From assembly GCA_964637115.1 (NCBI GenBank), contig CAZWVL010000005.1:1-64000 (forward strand): a DNA stretch of 64,000 nt. Direction: 5' to 3'. The notes under the pieces were generated by a model. That model was given only the letters and a program-made list of their open reading frames with translations, was not told the DNA's origin and did not search any database. Numbering within the stretch: the first letter of the stretch is position 1; every line of letters begins with the position of its first letter. The translations under genes and the position numbers were made by a program. The DNA is from an uncultured Methanosarcinales archaeon. Its GTDB lineage: Archaea; Nanobdellota; Nanobdellia; Woesearchaeales; ARS49. Below are positions 1-10,200 of this stretch, in pieces.

Positions 1-97
1 TTATTGCGCCCCTCATTTTTCATTTTCTTTAATTGGAAGGTATATAAAACTTCTGAATAGCAATATCTTTTTATACTCTTTTTCCGATTTAGAATTT

Positions 98-1084
98 ATG
101 GGAGCAATAGCATTAATAACAGGCATTTGCGGCCAGGATGGCAGTTATCTGGCAGAGTTCTTGCTCTCAAAAGGCTATCAAGTATTTGGCTTTAAGCGTC
201 CGGATGATAATTTGGGCAATATTGCTGGAATAAAAGACAACTTGACCTTAATCGACGGCGACCTTTCTAATGCGCAGGACGTGTATGATGCAGTGAAGCA
301 GTCAGTGCCTGATGAAATCTACAATCTTGCAGCTATTGCACACGTTGTTGCTGCTTCCAAGGCAAAAAACCTTTTTGATATTAATGTCGGTGGCGTCAAA
401 AACATAATTGATGCGGTGAAAAAACTTAAGCCCTCAGCAAAAATATTCCAAGCTTCTTCTGCTGAAATGTTTGGCGGAACTGATATTTGTCCTCAGAATG
501 AAAATACTTCTTTTATGCCAGTTAGCGAATATGCAAAATCAAAAGTTGACGCTCATTTGTTGATGGTTCAGGCGCGGAAAGGTCTTTTTGCTGCTTGCGG
601 GATAATGTACAATCACGAAAGTCCCAGAAGAACAACTGATTTTGTCACGAGAAAAATTACGGATGGTGTTGCGCGCATTTCAAAAGGTGAGAATTTTATC
701 TTAAAGCTTGGAAACTTGAACGCTGTTAAGGATTGGGGTTTTGCTGGTGATTATGTGAGAGCTATGTGGCTAATATTGCAGCAGAAGACACCTGACGATT
801 TTGTGATCGGCACTGGTGAAAAACATTCCGTGCGCGATTTTGTCAATGAAGCATTTGTAGTTGTGGAAAAGAAAGTTGAGTGGAGGGGTGTTGGTGCTGA
901 TGAAAAAGGCTTCGTCGACGGAAAATTGGCTGTTGAAATTAATCCTGAGTTCTTCCGTCCTTACGAAACAGCTCCTTCTGTTGCTGATGCTTCAAAAGCG
1001 CATAAAATTCTTGGTTGGAAGCCGGAAGTGTCTTTCAGGCAATTGGTCAGGATTATGATCGATGCTGATCTGAAATCTTTGTAA
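98..1084 (+). CDS. gmd: GDP-mannose 4,6-dehydratase
   Basis: ALITGICGQDGSYLAEFLLSKGY Rossmann motif, YNLAA, YAKSK (YxxxK), NHESPRR, FVTRKI, LGNLNAVKDWGFAGDYV. Confidence 0.93.
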   Translation: MGAIALITGICGQDGSYLAEFLLSKGYQVFGFKRPDDNLGNIAGIKDNLTLIDGDLSNAQDVYDAVKQSVPDEIYNLAAIAHVVAASKAKNLFDINVGGVKNIIDAVKKLKPSAKIFQASSAEMFGGTDICPQNENTSFMPVSEYAKSKVDAHLLMVQARKGLFAACGIMYNHESPRRTTDFVTRKITDGVARISKGENFILKLGNLNAVKDWGFAGDYVRAMWLILQQKTPDDFVIGTGEKHSVRDFVNEAFVVVEKKVEWRGVGADEKGFVDGKLAVEINPEFFRPYETAPSVADASKAHKILGWKPEVSFRQLVRIMIDADLKSL

Positions 1085-1085
1085 T

Positions 1086-2450
1086 CTATTTTTCTGTCTG
1101 CTCAACCAGTTTTGAGAATCTTCTGATAGTTATTCCAACAAAATTATTTACAGTGACATTCGGCAGCGTGTTTTGCAGCGCATTTACAAGTTCTCCTTTG
1201 TCTGATGCGTGGTATGAAATCAACCAAATTGCAGTCTGATTTTGAGTGATTTCAGGCAATTTTGTGACGGTAGAATTGTCTGTTTTCACAAAGTCCTTCT
1301 GTTCAGTGAAATATATTGAAAATGGAGATGCTGCATATTCTGCATCAAACAATATTTTTTCTCCTGAATTGTGCTGCTGTGCAACAAATGCAGCGGCATC
1401 GCGCCATTGATCTTTTGTTCTTCCGTAATAACCTTGAATGGGGATTATGCTGAGCAAGATAACCGCGATAACGGTCAGTATTTTCGGTAGTTTGTTCAGT
1501 TTTTCAAACCCTCCACCTGCTAAGAGAAATAAAGGAAGAATTGCCGGAACGATGTAGCGTTTGTGGAAAAGTTGATGCCAGTTGGAGATTATGAAAGGAA
1601 TTGCTACAGGAATGGTGAGCCATAGAAGGATTAAAGTTCTTTTGTTATTTTTTTCGCAGAAATATTTGCCTGCAAGAAAAGTAATCAAAAGGAGGCCAAG
1701 CGTCCCACCTGCCCATTCTATTGCTATCATAAGGAGATTATTTAAGGTCGGTATGGTTCCAACAAATCGGTTTTCAATTATCATGTTAAACGTGCGTGAA
1801 AATTTAAGCAGCCAAGGAGTGAAAAGAATGCAGGCAATAATCAGTGCGCAGATTAACTCCCTGATGAATTGTTTCTTTTTTTCGAAAATTAAAAACGCAT
1901 ATACTGCCTGTGGAATTATGAAGAAAAAACTGTAATAGTGTGTGTAAAATGAAAGAACGACTGCCAATACATAAAACGCGAGTTTCTTTCTTGTCGGCTC
2001 TTCTGTCCACGAGACAAAAGTGTAATACGAGATGATGATAGTAAGGACAAACAGGAAATATGGCCGTGTTTCCTGCGATGCCCAAATATGGGTTGCTGAA
2101 AGTGTGAACAACAGCGTTGCAAACAACGCCCCTGCTGAGGATAAAAATTTTTGTGCTAAAAAGAAAAACGCAGCAATACTCAGCGTGCCTACGATTGCCG
2201 ACACCACGCGTGAATGTTCCGGAGTATTGAAAAATTTCATCCAAAAGTATAGCAGAAAATGAGACAATGGCGGACTGTGGTCTTCGCGCATTGCGCCCAT
2301 CATGTCTTTAAGTGTCGGTTGTCCTACAATGTATAGTTGAAGGCTTTCGTCCAGCCATATGCTTTGCGTGAAGAGATTGTGGAATCTGAGAAAACCTCCA
2401 ACAAGCACGAGAAGTGTGAGTATTATTAGAATTTCTCTTTTTATTTTCAT
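1086..2450 (-). CDS. GT-C fold membrane glycosyltransferase (GT39/ArnT-PMT-like)
   Basis: About 10 TM segments; QSIWLDE loop motif after the first TM; HSPPL, QETRPY, YTHYY. Confidence 0.8.
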   Translation of the reverse strand: MKIKREILIILTLLVLVGGFLRFHNLFTQSIWLDESLQLYIVGQPTLKDMMGAMREDHSPPLSHFLLYFWMKFFNTPEHSRVVSAIVGTLSIAAFFFLAQKFLSSAGALFATLLFTLSATHIWASQETRPYFLFVLTIIISYYTFVSWTEEPTRKKLAFYVLAVVLSFYTHYYSFFFIIPQAVYAFLIFEKKKQFIRELICALIIACILFTPWLLKFSRTFNMIIENRFVGTIPTLNNLLMIAIEWAGGTLGLLLITFLAGKYFCEKNNKRTLILLWLTIPVAIPFIISNWHQLFHKRYIVPAILPLFLLAGGGFEKLNKLPKILTVIAVILLSIIPIQGYYGRTKDQWRDAAAFVAQQHNSGEKILFDAEYAASPFSIYFTEQKDFVKTDNSTVTKLPEITQNQTAIWLISYHASDKGELVNALQNTLPNVTVNNFVGITIRRFSKLVEQTEK

Positions 2451-2521
2451 AGAGTCTCTTTTCTATGTTGTATGAATTCCTTTTATAAACTATCGCAATA
2501 GTCACACATGGAAAATGCGTA

Positions 2522-3043
2522 TCATAATGTTCTGAGAATTTTCGCAGGATTTCCCGCGACTACTGTTTTTGGAGGCACGTCTCTTGTTACCACGCTTCCT
2601 GCTCCTATCATGCTTCCTTTCCCGATGCTTACTCCTGGAAGAATGACTGCTCCTGCTCCTATGTCAACATTGTCTTCAATGATTACCTTCTTGAATTGCA
2701 ATGGCTTGTTGATGATGATTTCTTCCGGTGAGGACAAATCGTGCTGTGAGGTGATGACAATCACGTTTGCGCCCATTCCAACATTGTCTCCTATTTTAAT
2801 AGTTCCAGGACTTTGTATAAAGCAATTCGGGCCTATCCAGCAATTGTTTCCTATCTTCATTTTGCCGGCAGGATGGCCTTTTATCTGCGTGTGGTGTCCA
2901 AAGTACACGTTATCTCCTATTTCAATCGTTTCTGGAGAAAACACTTTGACTCCGTCTTCAAAGATGACATTTTTGCCTAGTTTTGAAAACTTTGCAGTGT
3001 CCATCTCCCCTTTTCCATGAGAACTCCATTGGCGGAAAGCCAT
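2522..3043 (-). CDS. Hexapeptide-repeat (LbH) sugar O-acetyltransferase
   Basis: IGDNV/IGNNCWIG repeats; C-terminal IGAGAVILPGVSIGKGSMIGAGSVVTRDVPPKTVVAGNPAK. Confidence 0.88.
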   Translation of the reverse strand: MAFRQWSSHGKGEMDTAKFSKLGKNVIFEDGVKVFSPETIEIGDNVYFGHHTQIKGHPAGKMKIGNNCWIGPNCFIQSPGTIKIGDNVGMGANVIVITSQHDLSSPEEIIINKPLQFKKVIIEDNVDIGAGAVILPGVSIGKGSMIGAGSVVTRDVPPKTVVAGNPAKILRTL

Positions 3044-3128
3044 ACAGAAACTTCATTGTTATCCCTTTTTAAGAACTTCTATATTTGATGACAATAATCT
3101 TTTATAACAGGCAGGTGCTTGCAAAGGC

Positions 3129-4244
3129 ATGCGGGTGGTTGTGGTAGGTCCTGTGGCGCCTTGTCGGGGAGGCACTTCTTATTATACGACTGAGCTTTGT
3201 AGGCGTCTTGGGTTGAAGCATCAAGTCACTGCCTACAGTATGGAGCGCCTTTATACAAGCTTCATTTTCTCATTGTTATTTAAGGGCGAAAATGTTTCTG
3301 ATTCCAGCAAACAGCAAGCCTCTATCGGAGTTGAGAAAAGAAACACTATTTCTGTAAATCCTTTTAGCTGGATTAAGGCAGCAGCTAAAATAAGGCAGGC
3401 AGGGCCTGACGTTGTTATCATAACTTGGATTGACCCTTATATGTTTCCTCTTGTTAAGGCGATAGAATGGTTCATGCCGAAGCATTCAAAACTTGTTTTT
3501 ATTTGCCATCGGGTGTTGCCTATCGACAAAAGATTGTTTGCAAGGCAGTTGACGCAGTTTTGTTTTAAGCGTGCGGATGGTTTTATTACTCATTCTGCTG
3601 CTGAGACAAAGGATTTGCTCGAACTGCGTCCGGATGCAAGCTATGCTGAAACGTACTTGCCCGCATATACCTTAAAACATGAAGTTAAATCTATCAAGAA
3701 GCAGTTGAACCTGAGAGAGCATGTGCTTTTGTTTTTTGGATATGTCCGGCCAAACAAAGGTTTGAGGTATTTGCTTCGTTCTCTTCCAAAAATTCTGGAA
3801 AAGGTCGATGTAGACCTGCTTATTGTCGGCGAGTTCTGGGAGGATAAGAGCGAGTATGTTGCACTCATTGACGCGCTCGGAATTTCTGATCACGTGAAAA
3901 TTATTGGGGAGTACGTTCCCAATGAGGAAATTGGAAATTATTTTGCCTGTGCCGATGTTGCCGTGCTTCCTTATGAGTCCGTGAACCAGTCTGCCGTTGT
4001 GCAGATTGCATATGCTCATGACACGCCGGTGATAGCAACAAAAGTGGGCGGTCTTGCCGATACGGTTTTTGATGGAGAAACAGGTTTTTTGGTGGAGCCA
4101 AAGAACGAGAGAGCGCTTGCAGATGTTATTGTCAGGTTTTACAAGGAGAACATGCGTGAGTCGCTTGTTAAAAACGTGAAAAGTCTCAGGCAGAACTTCA
4201 GCTGGGATAAGTATATGAGTCTTGTGGAGTCTTTTTTTAAGTGA
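3129..4244 (+). CDS. GT4 glycosyltransferase
   Basis: LLFFGYVRPNKG, ADVAVLPY, AYAHDTPVIATKVGGL. Confidence 0.9.
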   Translation: MRVVVVGPVAPCRGGTSYYTTELCRRLGLKHQVTAYSMERLYTSFIFSLLFKGENVSDSSKQQASIGVEKRNTISVNPFSWIKAAAKIRQAGPDVVIITWIDPYMFPLVKAIEWFMPKHSKLVFICHRVLPIDKRLFARQLTQFCFKRADGFITHSAAETKDLLELRPDASYAETYLPAYTLKHEVKSIKKQLNLREHVLLFFGYVRPNKGLRYLLRSLPKILEKVDVDLLIVGEFWEDKSEYVALIDALGISDHVKIIGEYVPNEEIGNYFACADVAVLPYESVNQSAVVQIAYAHDTPVIATKVGGLADTVFDGETGFLVEPKNERALADVIVRFYKENMRESLVKNVKSLRQNFSWDKYMSLVESFFK

Positions 4245-4264
4245 TAAAAACGTCTGTATCAGAC

Positions 4265-5563
4265 TTATCCGACGTATCCGAGTGCTTTCAGTTGTTCGCG
4301 CAGTTCTTTAGGAACGGTTACATTTGTTCCAGTGCTTTTTGTCTTGTTTACCTGCTCCGTATATATTGCTGAAAGCTTCTTAGCAATGGAATTGTCTGGA
4401 ACATTTTTTTGTTCTGCCGGATCTCGGGTAAGGTTGAAAAGCCGGCTGAAACTTTTTGCCCAGTAGTATTTCATTTCAGGTGTTTGTATTGTGAATGGAA
4501 CAGGATAGGGGGAGTCCCGTTCGCTGATTGCGTATTCATTTATTTCTGCCAGCGATCTGCCTTCGTAGGTTGCTGGCCTGATTATGTTGAGCATATCCAG
4601 CAAGGTGGGTGCGATGTCGATGCTTCTGACGAGGTGCGTTTTTACTCCTGGCGTTAGGCCTGGCGCATGGAGTATGAGCGGAACGCGCAACAATTCATTG
4701 TAAAGTGAATTGGCGTGCCATCCAACAAAGCCGTGTTCTCCGAATTCCTCGCCGTGGTCTGATGTGAAGATGATAATGGTTTTATTGTATTTGTCAATTG
4801 ATTTTAGCTGGTCAATAAACCATCCGAATGTTCGGTCGACTGATAATATTTCAGCATCGTACATTGAAATTATGTGCTGCAGGTCTTCTGGAGTGATACT
4901 TTTTGTTTTGTTGTTTATCTCTTTGAGGAAACCAATTGTGATATTTGTTCCTATTGTGCCGTTATATGATTCGTTTAATTCCTGCACGTATTCGATGCGC
5001 GGCGTATAGGGGTGGTGTATTTCGTACGTGTGCAGGAAAAGGAAAAACGGAGACGAGTTGTTTTTGAGCCATGCTAATCCTTCTTCTGTTATTTTTCTGA
5101 AATCTTCGTCGGTAAACTCTTCAAACTTGTCGAATCCCTTGTCAAAGCCGTAAATTGCGGACACTTGGCTTGAGCCTGTAAATCCTGCAGTGTGGAATTT
5201 TTCCTGTCCGAGCACCTCTGATAGTAGCAAGTACTCTTTTGAATGGCTCTGGTTGCGTGTGGTGAATGACTGATGGTGCGATGGTATTGCTGACGTTAAG
5301 ATCGATGCGTGTGATGGCTGCGTTGATGGTGCTTGTGAGATTGTGTTGGTGAATAAAATTCCCTCCGTTGCAAATCCGCATATGTTTTTTGTTATGTCAA
5401 CATCGTATTTGTTGTATCCGGCGCAAGTCAGGTGGTCTCCTCTGAACGTATCAATTGAAATCAGAATGACATTGCAGTCTGGGCATTTGTATTCGGACAA
5501 ATCAACTGCTTCTTGTGGTGCGCAGGCCGCTAGTAATACTAGCAAAAATGTTATTCTTTTCAT
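4265..5563 (-). CDS. Sulfatase-like alkaline-phosphatase-superfamily lipoprotein (Thr at the nucleophile position)
   Basis: Lipobox LLAAC; NVILISIDTFRGDHL, STQPSHASILT, FFLFLHTYEIHHPY, TSDHGEEFGEHG, VPLIL, IDIAPT. Confidence 0.85.
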   Translation of the reverse strand: MKRITFLLVLLAACAPQEAVDLSEYKCPDCNVILISIDTFRGDHLTCAGYNKYDVDITKNICGFATEGILFTNTISQAPSTQPSHASILTSAIPSHHQSFTTRNQSHSKEYLLLSEVLGQEKFHTAGFTGSSQVSAIYGFDKGFDKFEEFTDEDFRKITEEGLAWLKNNSSPFFLFLHTYEIHHPYTPRIEYVQELNESYNGTIGTNITIGFLKEINNKTKSITPEDLQHIISMYDAEILSVDRTFGWFIDQLKSIDKYNKTIIIFTSDHGEEFGEHGFVGWHANSLYNELLRVPLILHAPGLTPGVKTHLVRSIDIAPTLLDMLNIIRPATYEGRSLAEINEYAISERDSPYPVPFTIQTPEMKYYWAKSFSRLFNLTRDPAEQKNVPDNSIAKKLSAIYTEQVNKTKSTGTNVTVPKELREQLKALGYVG

Positions 5564-6873
5564 GCGATATACCCGAGTGCTTTCAGTTGTTCGCGCAGTT
5601 CTTTTGGAACTTGTACGGTCTTAGCAGAACTGGATTGTATTTTTTTAAGTGTTTCATCGTATACTTGCGTATACTGATCTTTAATCTCTGGGTGCTGCCC
5701 GATGATGTTATTCTGCTCCAGAGGGTCTCGTACGAGGTCAAATACTGAAATGTTGTAATTGAAATATTTTGTATCTGCCGACTGGACTGTGAAATCGCGG
5801 GTGTCGGTAGTTTCTCGCTCACTAATGGCAAAGGATTGGTTGTCAAAAAGTGAGGTGTGTGAAAATGTTTCTGGTAGAGGGATGCCGAGAATTGATAAAA
5901 TTGTGGGCGCGATGTCAATGCTTCTGACCATGTGCGTTTTCACTCCAGGCTTGAGGCCGGGCGCATAAAGTATGAGTGGAACGTGCAGCAATTCATTGTA
6001 GAGGGTCCACGAGTGTATTGCAACTCTGCCGTGTTCGCCGAACTCTTCTCCGTGATCTGAGGTCAAAACGATAATTGTCTTTTCAAGGAGGTTTTCCCTT
6101 TTTAGTTCTGAAATGAACCATCCTATTCCGTCGTCAGCAGACATTATTTCTGCATCATACATGGCTATGATGTGGTCCAAGTCCTCTTTTGAGAGATTTG
6201 AGGTGTTTTTGTTGAATTTTGTTATATCTAAACTTATGTTTATTCCGAAAGTGCCGTTATAATCAGGGTCTAGCTGTTCTGCATAGGTTTCGTTTGGTGT
6301 GTATGGGTGGTGTATTTCGTATGTGTGTAAAAACAGGAAGAATGGTTTGTTTCGTTGGCGTATCCATTCCATTCCCTTGCTTGCAGTAACCCTGAATTTT
6401 TCCGTTTTCTTGAAAGTTTTATCAGCGTCATCTTGGTACGTATCAAATCCTCTGCTAAAGCCGAAAACTCGCGATACTTGGACGCCTGCAGTAAACCCGC
6501 CAGTTTCGTAATTATTTTTCTTAAGTACTTCAGCCAGTGTAATGGTCTTATTAGATATGCTTGTGTTGCGTGTATTGTAAGATTGGTGGTGTGATGGTAT
6601 GGTTGCCGTGAAAATGCTTGCATGCGATAGTTGTGTTGATGATGCTTGTGCTATCACTCTGGTGAATAGGATGCCTTCTGATGCGAACGCACAGATGTTT
6701 TTTGTTATGTCGACGTCATATTTGTTGTAGCCTGCGCAGGTCAGGTGGTCTCCTCTGAAAGTGTCGATTGAAATGAGTATTACGTTGCAGTCTGGGCATT
6801 TGTATGCTGACAAGTCTGCCTCTTTTGACGCGCAGGCAGCGAGAAGTATTAGCAGCAAGATTATTTTTTTCAA
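5560..6873 (-). CDS. Sulfatase-like alkaline-phosphatase-superfamily lipoprotein, tandem paralog
   Basis: Same motifs as 4265-5563 (STQLSHASIFT, TSDHGEEFGEHG); lipobox LLAAC; 4-bp overlap with the downstream gene. Confidence 0.85.
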   Translation of the reverse strand: MKKIILLLILLAACASKEADLSAYKCPDCNVILISIDTFRGDHLTCAGYNKYDVDITKNICAFASEGILFTRVIAQASSTQLSHASIFTATIPSHHQSYNTRNTSISNKTITLAEVLKKNNYETGGFTAGVQVSRVFGFSRGFDTYQDDADKTFKKTEKFRVTASKGMEWIRQRNKPFFLFLHTYEIHHPYTPNETYAEQLDPDYNGTFGINISLDITKFNKNTSNLSKEDLDHIIAMYDAEIMSADDGIGWFISELKRENLLEKTIIVLTSDHGEEFGEHGRVAIHSWTLYNELLHVPLILYAPGLKPGVKTHMVRSIDIAPTILSILGIPLPETFSHTSLFDNQSFAISERETTDTRDFTVQSADTKYFNYNISVFDLVRDPLEQNNIIGQHPEIKDQYTQVYDETLKKIQSSSAKTVQVPKELREQLKALGYIA

Positions 6874-8714
6874 GTCAATATCTCTCCATCCATATTTTCT
6901 GGCACATCTGCTCCAATTAGCGAAAGAACAGTCGGCGCAATGTCTTTCTGTTCAGGAGTTTCTTTGGTTATTTTGAAATTGGTAAATAATATTCCCGGCA
7001 CGAAAGACGCATCTATCAGATGGTCTGCTTTCCAGTGTTTGTCGTTGTCAAACATGATTTCTTTTGTCAAACCGCCAATTGCTGTTTGCCAGCTTGTTCT
7101 GTAGCCGGGATAATAGCCTATCATTATGTCTGGGCCGTCAGGAACCTGATTGCCTGAATATATGTCTTCGCTTCTGTAAAGTTTGTAGATGACTTTTCTT
7201 CCTTTATCATTAAGGTTAGAAAGTTTTTCAATAAGTTCTTTCTCAACAGCATCAGTGTCTTCAACAATTCCGTGTGTTTCCCTGTCTTTTAGATTGATGT
7301 AAATGCTGTTGAATCCAAGAGCGTATGCTTTTGTTTTGCTCCAGTCGACGTTTGCAAATAACCCTCCATCATCTTCTGGTTCTTCTGTAAGCGTCATGAA
7401 TCCATTGTCAACCAGCCATCTGTTAATGCTGACCGCTCTTTGGAATGAGCTGAAGCCGTGGTCTGATACAATGATGAGCTTTGTATCGTCAAGGCGCTCA
7501 AGCACTTTTCCCAGAAACGCGTCTTTCTTCACGTAATAGTTTTCTATTTCTGGATGTATTTTTAATGTCTTGTTGAACGCGTTCTCTTCCCAGAACATGT
7601 GCTGTAATCTGTCTGAGCTGTCAAACACGAATGCGAACACGCCTGAATTGAAATTCTCGAATTCCGTCCAGAACATTTTTTCGCGTTCTTCTTCCAGCTG
7701 CCAGATTTGTTCGATGAACGTTTTATCGTCTATTTTGTGGTCGTTCAGCGCGCTTGTGTCTTCTGCAATACCAAGGGTGTAGTATAAGCCAATCTGCTTT
7801 GTGAGTTCTGCTGAATATTCATCCGGGTATGAGATTTTGTATAACGGATGCTCGGGGTCTATCTGCACGGCTGTCAAATACATCTTGAATGGCGCTACAC
7901 TCGACAAGTGCGCTTTTGCAATTCCGTGAGCACTGCTCATGAACCCTGTTTTGAATTTTATCTGCATCCATTCAGTCCATCCTCCCACGGCAACTGAATA
8001 TTCTTTGTTGTTTACTGTCAGGACTGCTTTGTTGCCAGTAACGCTTATTTCAAGTGCTGTCTTAATGTCGACGAGCTTGTCCCCCTGTTTTTTGCGTGGC
8101 CCGTAGATTTCTGTTTGTATGTTTTTTTCATTCAACTGGACCTTGATATTCTTTTCAGGGCCTGCTTGGGAGTTGACATCTTCAGTAGTGTAATAGGTGT
8201 ATCCGCTCAACAAGCCTCTGACATCCGGCACTCCTAATCCTGAGAGCAAATGTCCCTCTACTTTTTCCGGCGGGAACGTCACCGGCCAGCGAAGCACGCT
8301 TGTTGGAATTTTGTCGTGTGTGCTTATTCTCCAGAACGGGTCTGACTTGACTATGGACTCATATGCCGTGCCTCCCAGATGCGTTGTGGTCACTTTCGAA
8401 AGAGCAAGTGATGGCAGATATGTTTTCGGGTCTCTTGCAATGAAGTCAAAGATGTTGTGCTTGCCTGGATTCGTTCCTGTTGCAATTGTTGTCCACGCTA
8501 CAGGGCTGTGCGGCGGCATTGAAGTCTGCAGTTTTGTAAAAGTGCCTTCATCGCGCAGCTTTGCAAAGTTCGGAAGCTTGCCCTCGTCCATTAACTGCGT
8601 GAGAACTCTTGGGTCTGCGCCGTCAATTCCTATGAGCAGTACTTTTTTGTGTGTTTCCATAGGTGTGCAGGCAACTAACACTATGAGCAAAATCAAAACT
8701 TTGCGTTGTTGCAA
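6870..8714 (-). CDS. Nucleotide pyrophosphatase/phosphodiesterase-type alkaline-phosphatase-family lipoprotein
   Basis: Lipobox LVAC; VLLIGIDGADP, PPHSPVAWTTIATGTNPGKHNIFDF, DRLQHMFW, IVSDHGF, ADH; TTG start preceded by an SD-like GGGGGT. Confidence 0.85.
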   Translation of the reverse strand: MQQRKVLILLIVLVACTPMETHKKVLLIGIDGADPRVLTQLMDEGKLPNFAKLRDEGTFTKLQTSMPPHSPVAWTTIATGTNPGKHNIFDFIARDPKTYLPSLALSKVTTTHLGGTAYESIVKSDPFWRISTHDKIPTSVLRWPVTFPPEKVEGHLLSGLGVPDVRGLLSGYTYYTTEDVNSQAGPEKNIKVQLNEKNIQTEIYGPRKKQGDKLVDIKTALEISVTGNKAVLTVNNKEYSVAVGGWTEWMQIKFKTGFMSSAHGIAKAHLSSVAPFKMYLTAVQIDPEHPLYKISYPDEYSAELTKQIGLYYTLGIAEDTSALNDHKIDDKTFIEQIWQLEEEREKMFWTEFENFNSGVFAFVFDSSDRLQHMFWEENAFNKTLKIHPEIENYYVKKDAFLGKVLERLDDTKLIIVSDHGFSSFQRAVSINRWLVDNGFMTLTEEPEDDGGLFANVDWSKTKAYALGFNSIYINLKDRETHGIVEDTDAVEKELIEKLSNLNDKGRKVIYKLYRSEDIYSGNQVPDGPDIMIGYYPGYRTSWQTAIGGLTKEIMFDNDKHWKADHLIDASFVPGILFTNFKITKETPEQKDIAPTVLSLIGADVPENMDGEILT

Positions 8715-8726
8715 TATTATACCCCC

Positions 8727-8936
8727 TTATCTTCCTATTTTGTGCCAAATGTGATGACAGGCGTGTTTGATTGGTTTGAAAAACCATTTGACAAAAAACG
8801 CACCAATAGCTGTTAAAATCATCAGGATAAACGGCCATACAGAGCCAGCTATAGCGCTGCCTGTCCCAGGATCTATGTACGCCAGAACAGCGGTTGAACT
8901 TACAATAATCATTAATGCCGCCAAAACCCCTTTCAT
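8727..8936 (-). CDS. Small membrane peptide with YIDPGTGS motif (69 aa)
   Basis: Start reassigned to the ATG at 8936, with a TATA-like TATTATAAAT about 25 nt upstream. Signal-like MKGVLAALMIIVSSTAVLA, then YIDPGTGS, a TM helix and a basic/His tail. Confidence 0.75.
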   Translation of the reverse strand: MKGVLAALMIIVSSTAVLAYIDPGTGSAIAGSVWPFILMILTAIGAFFVKWFFKPIKHACHHIWHKIGR

Positions 8937-8973
8937 AGGCCGAAAAACCAGTCTTAAATTTATAATACTTTTG

Positions 8974-10200
8974 CTAGAATGCCTTGGTAACAATTCCGCC
9001 AGCCACCACGTCATTATTCCTGACAATCACGAATCTGCCAAGCTCAGGAACGTCAGTAAAGTGTGTTACACAGACCGGCTTCTCTGTCTTAACAACCACT
9101 TCTCCCACTTCTGTCTCTTTTATCTGTTCTGCGTTCTGCTCAATGACTCCCATTGTTGAAGAGTCATAACGCGCATTAACAGCCTCGATTGTGCAATTCA
9201 TTTCCTGTGTTGAGCACTTTAAAGTAAGTTGTTCTCCTTTCTTGTAATTTCCAGAAAGCCAGAAGATGGTTGCGTGAAATTCGTTTGTGACAAATGGCCG
9301 TGTTTGCTCGCGTGCAATTACATTTCCCCTTTCCATTGGAAACAGCTCTGCAAGTGTGAGCGAGATGCATTCCCCTGCAACAGCCTCGTTTTTTTCCTTC
9401 TCAAATACCCGTATATCAGAAATTGTGGTTCTTTTGTTCGCCGGCAATACAAGTATCTCTTCATTTTTCGCGAGTCTGCCAGATTCAACGCGTCCAACCA
9501 GCAGTCGTTCGCCAAAATAATAAGTGTCCTGCACGGGGTACACTAATGGCTTTTCATAGTCCGGCTGCTGTCCTTCCAGCATATCCAGCGCGTCCAATAC
9601 AGAAGGTCCTTCATACCAGGGCATTGTTTCTGTGTATTCTGCAACAAAGTCTCCTTTTTTCGCGCTGATGGGAATAACATAAGAAGGCGCAATATCTAGT
9701 GACGCCAAGAATTCCAGAATCTCTTTTTTCACTGCTTCAAATCTCTGTTGCTTGTATTCAATTAAATCCATTTTATTCATCGCGACAATTACTTTTCTTA
9801 TTCCAAGCATTCCAAGAATCACTGAATGCCTTTTTGTCTGGACTTCCACACCTTTCTGTGCGTCTACAATTAGCACTGCCGCGTCTGCCTGTGCAGCCCC
9901 TGTTATCATATTCTTGATAAATTCCACATGTCCAGGGGAATCAATTATGACATATCTTCTTTTGTTGGTCCTAAAAAATATCTGTGCCGTGTCTATTGTC
10001 ATTTCCTGCTCTCGTTCTTCTTGCAAATGGTCTATCAGGAATGCAAATTCTATTTCTTTGCCCAGTTCCTTGGACGCTTTCTTGATTTCTTCAAGTTTTG
10101 CGTCAGGCAGCGAGCCGGTGTCATACAGCAGTCTGCCGGTAAAGGTGGACTTTCCGTGGTCTACCATTCCCACAATTACCAGTTTCATAGTGTCATCCAT
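8974..10200 (-). CDS. cysN: Sulfate adenylyltransferase subunit 1 (GTPase), no APS-kinase fusion
   Basis: [34 protein letters not shown]; 408 aa; directly downstream of cysD. Confidence 0.88.
   Translation of the reverse strand: MDDTMKLVIVGMVDHGKSTFTGRLLYDTGSLPDAKLEEIKKASKELGKEIEFAFLIDHLQEEREQEMTIDTAQIFFRTNKRRYVIIDSPGHVEFIKNMITGAAQADAAVLIVDAQKGVEVQTKRHSVILGMLGIRKVIVAMNKMDLIEYKQQRFEAVKKEILEFLASLDIAPSYVIPISAKKGDFVAEYTETMPWYEGPSVLDALDMLEGQQPDYEKPLVYPVQDTYYFGERLLVGRVESGRLAKNEEILVLPANKRTTISDIRVFEKEKNEAVAGECISLTLAELFPMERGNVIAREQTRPFVTNEFHATIFWLSGNYKKGEQLTLKCSTQEMNCTIEAVNARYDSSTMGVIEQNAEQIKETEVGEVVVKTEKPVCVTHFTDVPELGRFVIVRNNDVVAGGIVTKAF

Noticed and set aside
4265-6873. Annotation as true arylsulfatases for sulfate scavenging
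   Set aside because: The (C/S)xPxR formylglycine motif is absent; kept only as sulfatase-like
8974-10200. Possible elongation factor EF-1alpha/SelB
   Set aside because: Adjacency to cysD and the C-terminal domain pattern fit CysN, which derives from the same GTPase family
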